Source: Archangiaceae bacterium
Lineage (GTDB): Bacteria; Myxococcota; Myxococcia; Myxococcales; Myxococcaceae
Reading direction: 5' to 3'
DNA length: 15,404 bases
Assembly (NCBI GenBank): GCA_043750125.1
Contig: JAYVCD010000257.1
Location: 1-15,404 of the forward strand
In this document: piece by piece, positions 15,243 to 15,404 of the stretch
How positions within the stretch are numbered: the first letter of the stretch is position 1
Layout: the number at the start of each line of letters is the position of its first letter
Notes under the pieces: model-generated
What the model saw: only the letters and a program-made list of their open reading frames with translations
Databases searched by the model: none
What the model was told of the DNA's origin: nothing
Program-made: the position numbers and the translations under genes

Positions 15243-15404
15243 TTGTCGCTGCGCCTGGGCAAGTACGAGCTGCTGTCTCGGATCGCCAAGGGCGGAATGG
15301 CCGAGACGTTTCGCGCCCGGCTCGAAGGAGCGGCCGGCGTCACCAAGCAGGTGGTGATCAAGAAGGTGCTCCCGTCGCTGGCGCAGGACGAGGCGTTCAT
15401 CGCC
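15243..15404 (+). CDS. Ser/Thr protein kinase, 5' part (runs off the window)
   Basis: GGAGG 5 nt before TTG15243. Reads LGKYELLSRIAKGGMAETFRARLEGAAGVTKQVVIKKVLPSLAQDEAF, a typical myxobacterial Pkn start. Confidence 0.9.
   Translation, partial: MSLRLGKYELLSRIAKGGMAETFRARLEGAAGVTKQVVIKKVLPSLAQDEAFIA

Noticed and set aside
1-15404. CRISPR array, tRNA, rRNA or IS transposase
   Set aside because: No regularly spaced repeats, cloverleaf, rRNA-like sequence or DDE/HUH/recombinase motifs seen.

Overview
High-GC, myxobacterial-looking window with two halves. Left half (1 to ~7670) looks accessory and decaying. It holds three eroded gene remnants (SOUL heme-binding protein, katG N-terminus, possible ketopantoate reductase C-terminus). 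It also holds an intact divergent module: S41 peptidase lipoprotein <- -> ECF sigma factor coupled to a membrane Ser/Thr kinase with a beta-propeller-like ectodomain. Next come remnants of a MenA1/MenT1-like toxin-antitoxin pair and a single 230-aa HTH-like ORF. That ORF is bracketed by exact 12-bp direct repeats and strong hairpins, and sits between two truncated genes (menT1-like on the left, lipase-like C-terminus on the right). Right half looks like core genome: a 1246-aa TPR/DUF3857/transglutaminase-like lipoprotein, an N-terminally truncated hemerythrin, a hypothetical gene, an F0-only ATP synthase cluster (atpZ/I-like, atpI-like, atpB, atpE, atpF) and the start of another Ser/Thr kinase. 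The best candidate for something undescribed is the repeat- and hairpin-bracketed single-gene cassette at ~6777-7668. All family assignments come from motif recognition by eye, not database searches.
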